From a virus (lineage: Duplodnaviria; Caudoviricetes): a stretch of 32,046 nucleotides of DNA. Positions 17,272 through 25,182 of the stretch are shown here, one piece after another (the stretch's first letter is position 1; each line of letters opens with the position of its first letter). The notes beneath the pieces are model-generated. The model made no database searches and had not been told where the DNA came from. It was given only the letters and a program-made list of their open reading frames with translations. The position numbers and the translations under genes were made by a program. The stretch spans positions 1 through 32,046 of IMG/VR virus record IMGVR_UViG_3300025815_000060. One strand, given 5' to 3'.

Positions 17272-17422
17272 CGTAGTCCAGATAGTATTGGTGTAGGGCC
17301 ATACGCTTGCGGAGCTTCTTCAATGCGCTGGCCTCTAGCTGGCGAACCCTTACCCGGCTAATGCCTAACTGATCCGCAATCTCTTGATGGGTCATGTGGT
17401 ACGGGTAGTCGATAGGTCTCAT
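17222..17422 (-). CDS. Stand-alone sigma70 region-4-like HTH protein
   Basis: THQEIADQLGISRVRVRQLEASALKKLR closely follows the sigma region 4.2 consensus; GAGGGAG SD. Confidence 0.82.
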   Translation of the reverse strand: MRPIDYPYHMTHQEIADQLGISRVRVRQLEASALKKLRKRMALHQYYLDYVSSNSESRTRDLFLYA

Positions 17423-17565
17423 GCTTCTCCCTCATACGGATCATGTATGCCGGGATACTTCATCAACCAAGTGCCCTGCACATTCTCAATGTACCTAGTG
17501 CTAACGTCGTGACTCTTACACCAGCGCAAAGCACTCTCCAAGCTGTTGAATACGATTGTAGTCAT
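17419..17565 (-). CDS. Hypothetical 48-aa protein (not in ORF track)
   Basis: MTTIVFNSLESALRWCKSHDVSTRYIENVQGTWLMKYPGIHDPYEGEA*; GGGGGA SD; ATGA overlap. Confidence 0.7.
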   Translation of the reverse strand: MTTIVFNSLESALRWCKSHDVSTRYIENVQGTWLMKYPGIHDPYEGEA

Positions 17566-17575
17566 TGCTTCCCCC

Positions 17576-17601
17576 AAAAAGAAAAGGCCGCTTATGCGAC
17601 C
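17576..17601 (-). terminator. Terminator-like hairpin (repeat copy 1)
   Basis: Minus strand GGTCGC-ATAA-GCGGCC followed by TTTTCTTTTT. Confidence 0.65.
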
Positions 17602-17765
17602 TTGACTTGATCTAAGGCTTTCTTTGCGGCGTTCATTGCCTCGTCAAAAGTCACTTCCTCTGCGATTGTTTTTAGCACCTTCCACTTATCGCCAGCCAAA
17701 ACTGTATAAGTGCCAGTGCCGCCTGCTGTTGTTGAAACTTCAAAAATTTGCATTTCAAAACCCAT
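17592..17765 (-). CDS. Hypothetical 57-aa protein (not in ORF track)
   Basis: MGFEMQIFEVSTTAGGTGTYTVLAGDKWKVLKTIAEEVTFDEAMNAAKKALDQVKVA*; leader CCAAGGGAGAAAGGAA. Confidence 0.72.
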   Translation of the reverse strand: MGFEMQIFEVSTTAGGTGTYTVLAGDKWKVLKTIAEEVTFDEAMNAAKKALDQVKVA

Positions 17766-17782
17766 TTCCTTTCTCCCTTGGT

Positions 17783-17801
17783 AAAGGCCGCTTATGCGGC
17801 C
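17783..17801 (-). repeat. Hairpin repeat copy 2 (GGCCGC-ATAA-GCGGCC)
   Basis: 18/19 identical to 17583-17601, exactly 200 bp apart; the upstream gene's TAA lies in the loop in both copies. Confidence 0.85.
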
Positions 17802-18019
17802 AACTGTGATGCGATTGCTTCGAAGATGTTGCGTCGATACTGAACTTCGTTTTCTTGACGAGAGATTGATACAAAGGCACCAACAGCCGCGTCACCAAAC
17901 GCATATGCTTCGCCGCGAGCTTCGCTCTTTATCTCGTGTAACTGCTCTTGCGCATCTTCAAGTGCAATTTCAGCTTTAGTCAAAGTTGCCCAAAAATCGT
18001 TGTTGATTGCGTCTTTCAT
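17792..18019 (-). CDS. Hypothetical helical early protein
   Basis: 75 aa; first gene of the leftward operon; leader CTAACCAAGGGA. Confidence 0.75.
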   Translation of the reverse strand: MKDAINNDFWATLTKAEIALEDAQEQLHEIKSEARGEAYAFGDAAVGAFVSISRQENEVQYRRNIFEAIASQLAA

Positions 18020-18066
18020 GTCTTTTCTTCCCTTGGTTAGTGGCTGTGTCCCCAGCCGATGAACAC

Positions 18067-18106
18067 ATTAAATCACATCTAAAATCAAAAAGCAACATTT
18101 TTTGTT
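18067..18106 (-). promoter_or_regulatory. Leftward sigma70-type promoter with operator
   Basis: Minus strand TTGCTT (18095-90), 17 bp, TGn-TTTAAT (18072-67); AACA-N5-TGTT at 18094-18106. Confidence 0.7.
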
Positions 18107-18137
18107 AGTTTTTTTTAGAGGGGTAAATCTGGGGCAG

Positions 18138-18174
18138 AACATAAATTGTTGCAAAACCACAAATTGTGTATAAT
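18138..18174 (+). promoter_or_regulatory. Rightward sigma70-type promoter with operator
   Basis: TTGTTG (18146-51), 17 bp, TATAAT (18169-74); AACA-N5-TGTT at 18138-50 and palindrome CACAAATTGTG at 18158-68. Confidence 0.7.
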
Positions 18175-18180
18175 GGGGGC

Positions 18181-18375
18181 ATGTGTACTACAGTGAAGCG
18201 AGCCATGTTCTGCACTCGTAACGGCTATAAGCACATTGAGAACCTCGATAAAGTATGTGTACTCATCGGGCGTTTGAAAGGACTCACGGAGTCCGAGTAT
18301 CTCGATCTATGTGCAATCAACAAGCTAGAGAATGCACGAGCGTTAGAGATGGCGAAACATTACCCCAGTCACTAG
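18181..18375 (+). CDS. Hypothetical protein, possibly leaderless
   Basis: 64 aa from ATG 18181, which lies 7 nt after TATAAT. Confidence 0.55.
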   Translation: MCTTVKRAMFCTRNGYKHIENLDKVCVLIGRLKGLTESEYLDLCAINKLENARALEMAKHYPSH

Positions 18376-18440
18376 GCATGGGGATATAACAGGCCGAAAA
18401 GGTCGCGGGGCTTCTTGCCCCTCAAAAAAGGGAAAGGGAT

Positions 18441-18644
18441 ATGAAAGAGCATTTAAGTGATAACTGTTTGGCGATAGGAATAATCGCGGTCATTCTGATT
18501 CTGTTCGGCTTTGCAGGAAGTGCGGACATGGAAGACAGAATTAACGATGAGCTATTTTACTGTGAGATGGTTCAGATATTCGAAGACTCCAAAGGTGAAA
18601 ACGGCTGGCCCAACTTCAAAGGCATCGACTGTGAAGGTTCTTGA
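18441..18644 (+). CDS. Small membrane-anchored or secreted protein
   Basis: Hydrophobic N-terminal segment LAIGIIAVILILFGFAG; YCEMV...GWPNFKGIDC motif; AAGGGA SD. Confidence 0.75.
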   Translation: MKEHLSDNCLAIGIIAVILILFGFAGSADMEDRINDELFYCEMVQIFEDSKGENGWPNFKGIDCEGS

Positions 18645-19482
18645 TCTATTCGCTGGAATAGGCGGATTCACGTTAGGACTGGAACGGGCGGGATTTGAAA
18701 CAGTAGCATTCTGTGAGATAGATCCATACGCTCAGAAGGTCTTGAAAAAGAACTGGCCCGGAGTACCGATTTATGACGATGTACGAACAATCACAGCAGA
18801 GCGACTGGCTTCAGACGGAGTTGGAGTCGATGTCATTACAGGCGGCTTCCCCTGCCAAGACATATCAGTCTCAGGAAACCGAGCAGGAATACAAGACGGA
18901 ACGCGAAGCGGACTATGGACAGAGTGCGCCCGTCTTATTGGGGAGCTTCAGCCCCGATACGCCATCTTTGAAAACGTCACAAACTTGCTTAATGGAGAGC
19001 GGGGAGCTTGGTTTAAGCGAGTTCTCTGGGACATTTCCCAGATCGGGTATGATGCGGAGTGGCACTGTATACCAGCTTCCGAACTTGGCGCGCACCATCA
19101 CAGAGATCGGATCTGGATTATTGCCTACCCCAGTGGCGTCGGACATGGGCAGTGCATCGCAGAAACGAATCAATCAAACGGGGCATCCGAAGGCGGCGTT
19201 AAGGGAAGCAGTTTTTTGGCCGACACCCAATGCCAGCCAAGGCGGCACAACGGGGAACTGGAAGCCAGTACGCGACAGTGGCCACACAGTCCAATTAAGT
19301 CTCGCCCAATCTGTCAGAAACTTACGGATACAACAGGGCAAGCCTTTTGGCGGACTGAACCCGACGTGGGTAGAGTGGCTAATGGGATTCCCAATCGGTC
19401 ACACAGACTTAAATGCTTAGGCAATGCAGTAGTTCCGCCAATACCAGAACTGATTGGGAGATCTATCAATGGACATGGATGA
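18631..19482 (+). CDS. DNA (cytosine-5) methyltransferase, large (alpha) polypeptide lacking motif IX
   Basis: LDLFAGIGG (I), GGFPCQ (IV), ENV (VI), HHRDRIW (VIII), LGNAV (X); GTG start at 18631. Confidence 0.92.
   Translation: MKVLDLFAGIGGFTLGLERAGFETVAFCEIDPYAQKVLKKNWPGVPIYDDVRTITAERLASDGVGVDVITGGFPCQDISVSGNRAGIQDGTRSGLWTECARLIGELQPRYAIFENVTNLLNGERGAWFKRVLWDISQIGYDAEWHCIPASELGAHHHRDRIWIIAYPSGVGHGQCIAETNQSNGASEGGVKGSSFLADTQCQPRRHNGELEASTRQWPHSPIKSRPICQKLTDTTGQAFWRTEPDVGRVANGIPNRSHRLKCLGNAVVPPIPELIGRSINGHG
18773..19420 (+). CDS. Nested alternative-frame (beta) polypeptide of the C5 methyltransferase
   Basis: 215-codon open +1 frame inside the MTase gene; GGAG SD 9 nt upstream; LPTP/WPTP repeats; terminal LNPTWVEWLMGFP resembling motif IX. 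Confidence 0.8.
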   Translation: MTMYEQSQQSDWLQTELESMSLQAASPAKTYQSQETEQEYKTEREADYGQSAPVLLGSFSPDTPSLKTSQTCLMESGELGLSEFSGTFPRSGMMRSGTVYQLPNLARTITEIGSGLLPTPVASDMGSASQKRINQTGHPKAALREAVFWPTPNASQGGTTGNWKPVRDSGHTVQLSLAQSVRNLRIQQGKPFGGLNPTWVEWLMGFPIGHTDLNA

Positions 19483-19621
19483 GTACATCATTGCAGTGCG
19501 GGCGGCAGACTCTATGGCTAAGGCTTGGAGATCGGACGTAGCTATACTGTCTAACCTAAAGATCGTAAGACTGGAGAACGCTAGAGGGCCGATACTAGAG
19601 GTTGTGAGGTGGGATCTCTGA
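19469..19621 (+). CDS. Hypothetical 50-aa protein (not in ORF track)
   Basis: MDMDEYIIAVRAADSMAKAW...EVVRWDL*; GGGAG SD; TGATG coupling to the next gene. Confidence 0.65.
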   Translation: MDMDEYIIAVRAADSMAKAWRSDVAILSNLKIVRLENARGPILEVVRWDL

Positions 19622-19788
19622 TGAAAGATCAACGTGGTAAACTAGACAAGGAAACGCGGGACAGACACTTTCCAGAGACCAATGGCGGGAAAGGATCATT
19701 GCCACGTAAATCCACAAAGAGCAGTAGACAAGCATACGCTGATAACTGGGATAGGATATTCGGTGGCAAAGACAAGAGCGCAACTTAA
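19621..19788 (+). CDS. Small conserved phage protein (GKGS..R / NWDRIFG type, 55 aa; not in ORF track)
   Basis: MKDQRG...GGKGSLPRK...YADNWDRIFGGKDKSAT*; GAGG SD. Confidence 0.72.
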   Translation: MKDQRGKLDKETRDRHFPETNGGKGSLPRKSTKSSRQAYADNWDRIFGGKDKSAT

Positions 19789-20053
19789 CAGAGAGACACG
19801 CCAAGCCGAGATGCGAAAGAAGATTGAAGCGTCTGGGTATGAAACGCATGTTCATGAAGTTGTTAAGAAATTGCTAGATCCTGAGCAGGAATACGACTCT
19901 ATTGAAGTCCAGCGTATGAAGTCTGCGGCTGATCTGTCTATCAAGATGATGGCTAAGTTCATGCCAGACCTTAAATCAACGGAGATATCCGGCCCGAATG
20001 GTGGCGATCTAGTCATTGCGGTACAGCGTAAGCGCTTCGATGGCGAAGATTGA
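19763..20053 (+). CDS. Terminase small subunit (putative)
   Basis: Immediately upstream of and overlapping TerL; C-terminal KFMPDLKSTEISGPNGG; likely GTG start at 19763. Confidence 0.7.
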   Translation: MAKTRAQLNRETRQAEMRKKIEASGYETHVHEVVKKLLDPEQEYDSIEVQRMKSAADLSIKMMAKFMPDLKSTEISGPNGGDLVIAVQRKRFDGED

Positions 20054-21503
20054 ATATATAACTAAACCACCGGGTAAAGTTCTCGAAGAGTTTGCCGATT
20101 GTCGGGCGCGTAACTCTTTCATCATGGGGCCGCTAGGCTCTGGCAAGACCGTCCAAGTCATCCTGAAGTTTCTAGAGTTGATGTGCGAACAGGCACCAGT
20201 CACTCGTGAGACCCATCCCAACTACGGCGTGAGACTCTCAAGGATCATTGCGGCACGTAACACCTACAGCGAACTATTCTCCACAACGATTAAAGACTGG
20301 ATCGAAGTACACGGCGAGCTTGGGGAGTTTAAGCAGGGCAACAAGGAACCGCCCACGCACAAGATTGAGTTCAAGTTAGAGGATGGCACGACTGTACGCA
20401 GTGAGGTCATCTTTATCGCCTTTGATCGACCTGATCACGTCAAGAAGGCACGAGGCATACAGACTACATGGGTATGGCTGAACGAGGCCAAGGAGCATTC
20501 CAAGAGCGTTGTGGACATGCTGGATCTACGTTGTGGTCGTTACCCGTCGATGAAGGAAGGTGTGCGCCCTACTCACTACGGAATGATAGGTGACTCTAAT
20601 GCCCCAGATGAAGATCACTGGTATTACCGATTGGCTGAAGAGGAAAGGCCGGAGGATTGGAAGTTCCATCGTCAACCCGGTGGTGTATATCGGGAAGGAG
20701 ACGGCTGGTATCTCAACGAGAAAGCCGAGAACATTCAAAACCTACCTGAAGACTATTATCGACGTGGCTTGCAGGGTAAGTCGGACGATTGGATTAAGGT
20801 CAATCTGGCGAACGAGTATGGATTTGTCTCAGCAGGTAAGCCAGTGCATCCGCTATACACTGACTCTATTCATTGCTTGCCTGATCTTTACGAGCCTAGT
20901 CCTGATCAGCCTATCGTATTGGGCTTTGATTTCGGTCGGACACCAGCTTGCGCGTTTCTTCAGAGAGATGCGGTTGGCCGCTGGATTTGTTTTGATGAGT
21001 TTTGTATGACTGATTCTGGGGCTGTGGACTTTGCTCCCAGTCTCAAGCGGTATATCGAGGCGAACTATCCGAAGGCGAGGTTCCGTGGCTGGGGCGATCC
21101 CTCTGGCGACAACAAGAACCAAGCGAATGCTGATACACCATTCAAGATCATGCGGGCGGCTGGCATACCCTGTACACCTACGCTAACGAATGACCCGGCA
21201 TTGCGACGTGCGGCCCTTGAACTACCCATGAAAGAGTTGTGCATGGATGGCAAGCCTCGATTCTTAATCAGCCCGAAGGCAAAGATGATTCGCAAGGGCT
21301 TACAAGGCGGCTTCTGTTATCGACGTGTGCAAGTGTCGGGAGAGAAGTACACCGATGAACCCGACAAGAATGAATACTCGCACCCAGTTGAGGCGCTTGA
21401 GTACGCATTACAGGGCGAAGGTGAAGGCCGTCAGGCATTGACTAACCTACATACGCAACAGAGACAGCCAAGGCAAGCGCAGGTCAAGTTTAGTGTCTTC
21501 TGA
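20040..21503 (+). CDS. Terminase large subunit
   Basis: Walker A GPLGSGKT, WLNE Walker B region, DSN coupling motif, LGFDFG nuclease motif and C-terminal SHPVEALEY. Confidence 0.93.
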   Translation: MAKIEYITKPPGKVLEEFADCRARNSFIMGPLGSGKTVQVILKFLELMCEQAPVTRETHPNYGVRLSRIIAARNTYSELFSTTIKDWIEVHGELGEFKQGNKEPPTHKIEFKLEDGTTVRSEVIFIAFDRPDHVKKARGIQTTWVWLNEAKEHSKSVVDMLDLRCGRYPSMKEGVRPTHYGMIGDSNAPDEDHWYYRLAEEERPEDWKFHRQPGGVYREGDGWYLNEKAENIQNLPEDYYRRGLQGKSDDWIKVNLANEYGFVSAGKPVHPLYTDSIHCLPDLYEPSPDQPIVLGFDFGRTPACAFLQRDAVGRWICFDEFCMTDSGAVDFAPSLKRYIEANYPKARFRGWGDPSGDNKNQANADTPFKIMRAAGIPCTPTLTNDPALRRAALELPMKELCMDGKPRFLISPKAKMIRKGLQGGFCYRRVQVSGEKYTDEPDKNEYSHPVEALEYALQGEGEGRQALTNLHTQQRQPRQAQVKFSVF

Positions 21504-21843
21504 TTGCTATGTCGTGTTTTGTGATGACAGCAAACACTGGTGGAGTCCGATACTCCATCCGACGATTAGACATTGCTATGTGATCAAGCCTGAGAACGGG
21601 AAATGGATCGTGCATTCCAAGACGACAAAGGGCGTTGAAATGTACACCACAGATGATGTGACCCATGTGGTTGAAAATGATATCATCGTGAAGGCTGTAA
21701 TTAGAGAACCCCGACGTGGGCTGTTCATGTTGAACACTTGCGTTGGGCATACGAAACAAGTGTTAGGGATAACCAAGCCATTTATCTGGACCCCTTATCA
21801 ACTGTATAGGTATCTGAAACATGAAATCACCGAAAGCACCTAA
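21493..21843 (+). CDS. Hypothetical protein, possible permuted papain-like peptidase
   Basis: RHCY upstream of NTCV, and TPYQLY; lies between TerL and the portal. Confidence 0.55.
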   Translation: MSSDCYVVFCDDSKHWWSPILHPTIRHCYVIKPENGKWIVHSKTTKGVEMYTTDDVTHVVENDIIVKAVIREPRRGLFMLNTCVGHTKQVLGITKPFIWTPYQLYRYLKHEITEST

Positions 21844-22135
21844 GCCCACAGCACAGCAAATCGCTGTTGAGCGTCGTCAAGCGGCGGCATTGGATGAAGA
21901 GATCCGAGAGCAGGAAGAGCGCTTTGCGGCAATGGCTCGCGGCAAGCTAGGAGTCAAGTCACTCTTGGGTGGCGTACCTCGTACTCGTGCTGAGGCCGCA
22001 GGTACAGGCGCAGGACGTGCCGCTCCCGCTCGTACCATGTTGGGTATGGGTGGAATGGGCGGAGCCGCTCCCCGTCGTGCTGGTGGCGCTCCACGCACTG
22101 GCACCTACAATGGCACTATGCCTCAACTCCGATAG
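21821..22135 (+). CDS. Small pre-portal virion-associated protein
   Basis: Pro-rich N-terminus, coiled coil and Gly/Ala/Arg-rich tail; typical of the gene before the portal in T7/BPP-1-like phages. Confidence 0.6.
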   Translation: MKSPKAPKPTAQQIAVERRQAAALDEEIREQEERFAAMARGKLGVKSLLGGVPRTRAEAAGTGAGRAAPARTMLGMGGMGGAAPRRAGGAPRTGTYNGTMPQLR

Positions 22136-22145
22136 GTAAAACCCT

Positions 22146-23711
22146 ATGAGCTTGCCCCCGCATCTAGGCTCGATCCAAGATATCAAGGAACGAGAAGCCA
22201 AGGCGTTCAACACTCAGGCAATGTGGCATGACCAATTGCAAGACGTGTATGAATATTTTCTACCTCAGCGCAACTTGTTCGACCGTGAAGACAAAGGACA
22301 GAAGAAGATGGATAAAATCTTCGACTCGACTGCGTTGACGGCTATCCAGCAGGGTGCGAGCAAGCTACAAGAGAACATTGCTCCGATCTGGTCGCGCTGG
22401 GCTACCTTCCAACCGACCGATGAGATTGTCCGATTGGTCGAGACTGGGCAGTTCGATGTGTCTGAAGAGGACATCCGGGCGAACCTTGACCAGCAATGCA
22501 ATCTGGTATTCGACTACATCAACCGATCCAACTTCCATACGCAGTTTTATGAGGCCGCACTTGATCTATTGGTAGGCACTGCCACCATGAAGATCGAGGA
22601 AACGGACGATGAGACCAACCCTATCTGCTTCAACACGATCCCACAGAAGGGCATTGCGTTTGAAGAGGGTCCATATGGTGGCGTTGAGACGCATTGGCGA
22701 CGGTTTGAGGTCAAGGCTCGCTTGTTAGAGCGTATGTGGAAGGGCTTTGAGGCGTCGGAGAAGATCAGAAACCTCATAGAGAACAGTCCGAACAGTGAAG
22801 TACGGGTGTCTGAAGGCGTCATCTTTGACCCTAAGAACAAGCGGTACTACGGATGTCTATGGGTTGCAGAGGAAAGCAGGTTCTCATGGACTGAAGACTT
22901 CGGAGAATCAAGCCCTTGGGTCACTGGTCGGTACACGAAAGTGGCTGGCGAGGTACGTGGTCGCGGTCCAGCGATGCAGTCATTGCCCGATGTGCGCTCG
23001 TTGAACAAAGCCAAAGAGTTTGTATTGCAGAAGGCCGCAATTGACCTTGCAGGAATGTATACGGCTACTGACGACGGCGTGACAAACCCTTACAATATGG
23101 TCATTGCACCGGGTGTCGTGATTCCAGTCGGATCAAACAACACCAACAACCCTTCAATTCAACGTCTCGATACAGGATCGAACCTTGCTCTCGCGCAATT
23201 TGAAATCATCGAGTTGCAAAACGCTATTAAACTGGCGATGTTCAACGACCTGCGTGATCCTGCTGGTCCTGTTCGTAGCGCCACTGAAGTTGCTATTGAA
23301 TCCAGAGAGCTTGCAAAGCGGATCGGGTCGGCTTTTGGGCGACTTCAGACCGAGGTACTCATACCAATACTCAAGCGTGTCGTCGCAATACTAACTCGAC
23401 GCGGCTTGATCGTACCTATCGAGCTTGATGGGCGCGATGTAAGGGTTAAATTCACGTCACCACTAGCACGAGCGCAGGATGGTGAGGATCTGTTAGCTGT
23501 TCAGCAGGCGGTTCAGTTCGTATTGGGTACGTCTGGCCCAGAACAGGTACTCATGGCGTACAAAACCGAGGACTTCGGTACGTGGGCGGCAGAGAAAACA
23601 GGGATGCCAGCGGAATTGGTGCGATCTGAGATAGAAAAACAGCAGATTATCCAAGCCGGGGCGCAAGCTCAGATGATGCAACAACAACCACAAGAAATGG
23701 AAGCTGAATGA
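22146..23711 (+). CDS. Portal (head-to-tail connecting) protein
   Basis: 521 aa; FDSTA, GEVRGRGPA..SLPDVRSLN, SATEV, LQTEVL.P and FTSPLARAQ motifs. Confidence 0.93.
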   Translation: MSLPPHLGSIQDIKEREAKAFNTQAMWHDQLQDVYEYFLPQRNLFDREDKGQKKMDKIFDSTALTAIQQGASKLQENIAPIWSRWATFQPTDEIVRLVETGQFDVSEEDIRANLDQQCNLVFDYINRSNFHTQFYEAALDLLVGTATMKIEETDDETNPICFNTIPQKGIAFEEGPYGGVETHWRRFEVKARLLERMWKGFEASEKIRNLIENSPNSEVRVSEGVIFDPKNKRYYGCLWVAEESRFSWTEDFGESSPWVTGRYTKVAGEVRGRGPAMQSLPDVRSLNKAKEFVLQKAAIDLAGMYTATDDGVTNPYNMVIAPGVVIPVGSNNTNNPSIQRLDTGSNLALAQFEIIELQNAIKLAMFNDLRDPAGPVRSATEVAIESRELAKRIGSAFGRLQTEVLIPILKRVVAILTRRGLIVPIELDGRDVRVKFTSPLARAQDGEDLLAVQQAVQFVLGTSGPEQVLMAYKTEDFGTWAAEKTGMPAELVRSEIEKQQIIQAGAQAQMMQQQPQEMEAE

Positions 23712-23983
23712 CTTGGGAAACGATTGAGGGCCAAGGCCCAGATGCCAAGAAACAACAAGCAGAAATAAGGGAAAAGCAGGCAGAGCTATCGAAAGCCTAT
23801 GCCCGTTGCTTCAATACCGATGACGGGCAGAAGGTTTTAGAAGACCTCACCCGTCGATTTCTCTTTGATAACGCTACTGCCCTATCTAGCCAGAACGTCG
23901 CGTATGAAGCGGCGTATCACAATGGCGAGGCTGGCGTGATTCGCATGATCATCCACTACATACAACAAGCTGAACGACTATGA
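23708..23983 (+). CDS. Bbp19-like conserved protein
   Basis: YARCFNTDDGQKVLEDL...AYHNG motif directly after the portal. Confidence 0.7.
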   Translation: MTWETIEGQGPDAKKQQAEIREKQAELSKAYARCFNTDDGQKVLEDLTRRFLFDNATALSSQNVAYEAAYHNGEAGVIRMIIHYIQQAERL

Positions 23984-24297
23984 CTGAAGAAACCAAGAAG
24001 CGGGCTCGCAAAGCGAAGCCCAAGTACGAGGTTGTCTGCTCTGAACCCGATCACTTGAAGTCAGTAGGCTTCGACATGGATTGGCTTGGCGGACTAGCTG
24101 ACCAGTATCAGTTCGATAAGTTCGAGTACCTGCATAAGTTTCGCGCATTTCGATGCTACAAAGGCGGGCAACACGTTGATTGGATCGACATCAACGACTT
24201 GTCTCTGCTGAATGGCAAGCGAAGGCTTGAGGACATCAAACTCAGGCACCAACCCATAAGCCCGAAGAGGGCTGTTATTAACTATCCTTGGAGATAA
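23980..24297 (+). CDS. Hypothetical protein
   Basis: 105-aa ORF coupled by ATGA. Confidence 0.7.
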   Translation: MTEETKKRARKAKPKYEVVCSEPDHLKSVGFDMDWLGGLADQYQFDKFEYLHKFRAFRCYKGGQHVDWIDINDLSLLNGKRRLEDIKLRHQPISPKRAVINYPWR

Positions 24298-24300
24298 ATC

Positions 24301-25035
24301 ATGGAAGAACAGGCCGTAGAAACAAACGATACCCTGACATCACTCGTTGATGCCGCTGAACCTACGTTGAGCGAGGGTGAATACTTCTTATCTGACAATG
24401 TAAAAGGCGTTGGCGAGATGCCCGAGTGGTACAAAGCCGACAAGTACAAGTCAGTCGCAGAGCAAGCCAAGGCATACACCGAGCTTGAGAAGAAGTTTGG
24501 TGGATTCACTGGCGCACCAAAGGACGGCTATCAGGTATACGATGGCGTCGAGTCGGACGATGCACTGTGGGGCGAGCTTGTAGAGTTTGGCAACAGCACC
24601 AATATGTCTCAGTCTGCGTTGAATCAGGCATGGGAACTATTGACAGCGCAAGAGCAAGCCATTGAGGAAGTGTCTGTTGAGGCAGAGATGGCAAAGCTGG
24701 GCGATAACGCTGTTGAGCGTATCAAGGTTGTTGAGCAGTACATGAAGAACAATCTCGATGCCGATACATACGAAGAGCTTCGCTACGCTGTGAACAGTGC
24801 TGAGTCTGTGAAGCTGATCGAGGCGCTGGTCAAGTCAACAGCACCTGCAAAGCTACCGATTGACGGCTATGTCGAACCCGGTGGACTTGAGTGGGCAGAC
24901 ATCGAGGCAGAGATGTTCCGCAAGGATGAGAACGGCAATCTGCTTCGCTCTGTTGACATAAACCATGAGCGCAAGATTCAGCGCATGATGAAAGAGTTTG
25001 GTGGTGATAAGCCATATACGCAGACGTTTGGCTAA
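24301..25035 (+). CDS. Capsid assembly scaffolding protein
   Basis: Acidic; KYKSVAEQAKAYTELEKKFG motif; immediately upstream of the capsid gene. Confidence 0.82.
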   Translation: MEEQAVETNDTLTSLVDAAEPTLSEGEYFLSDNVKGVGEMPEWYKADKYKSVAEQAKAYTELEKKFGGFTGAPKDGYQVYDGVESDDALWGELVEFGNSTNMSQSALNQAWELLTAQEQAIEEVSVEAEMAKLGDNAVERIKVVEQYMKNNLDADTYEELRYAVNSAESVKLIEALVKSTAPAKLPIDGYVEPGGLEWADIEAEMFRKDENGNLLRSVDINHERKIQRMMKEFGGDKPYTQTFG

Positions 25036-25182
25036 CACTAACAAATAGTGGTATCATCGGCGCATCGGATACCCCTTTCACAAGGCCCGGTAGTTTAGGT
25101 TGAACGACTGACCGGCTATCGGGTACTCAGTCCAAAACCTCTAAATCATTGTTATCAACTTTGACAACGAGGAGACTGAATC
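25028..25182 (+). promoter_or_regulatory. Putative promoter and structured 5' leader of the major capsid gene
   Basis: TTGGCT, 18 bp, TGn-TATCAT (25052-57); several hairpins; GAGGAG SD at 25169-74. Confidence 0.55.

Noticed and set aside
18392-18432. lambda boxB-like hairpins (GGCC-GAAAA-GGTC; CCCT-CAAAAA-AGGG)
   Set aside because: Short stems, no boxA and no N-like protein identified; could be chance or generic leader structure.
18511-18630. N-terminal extension of the methyltransferase in the ORF track
   Set aside because: It overlaps gene 18441..18644; motif I begins right after GTG 18631, the more likely start.
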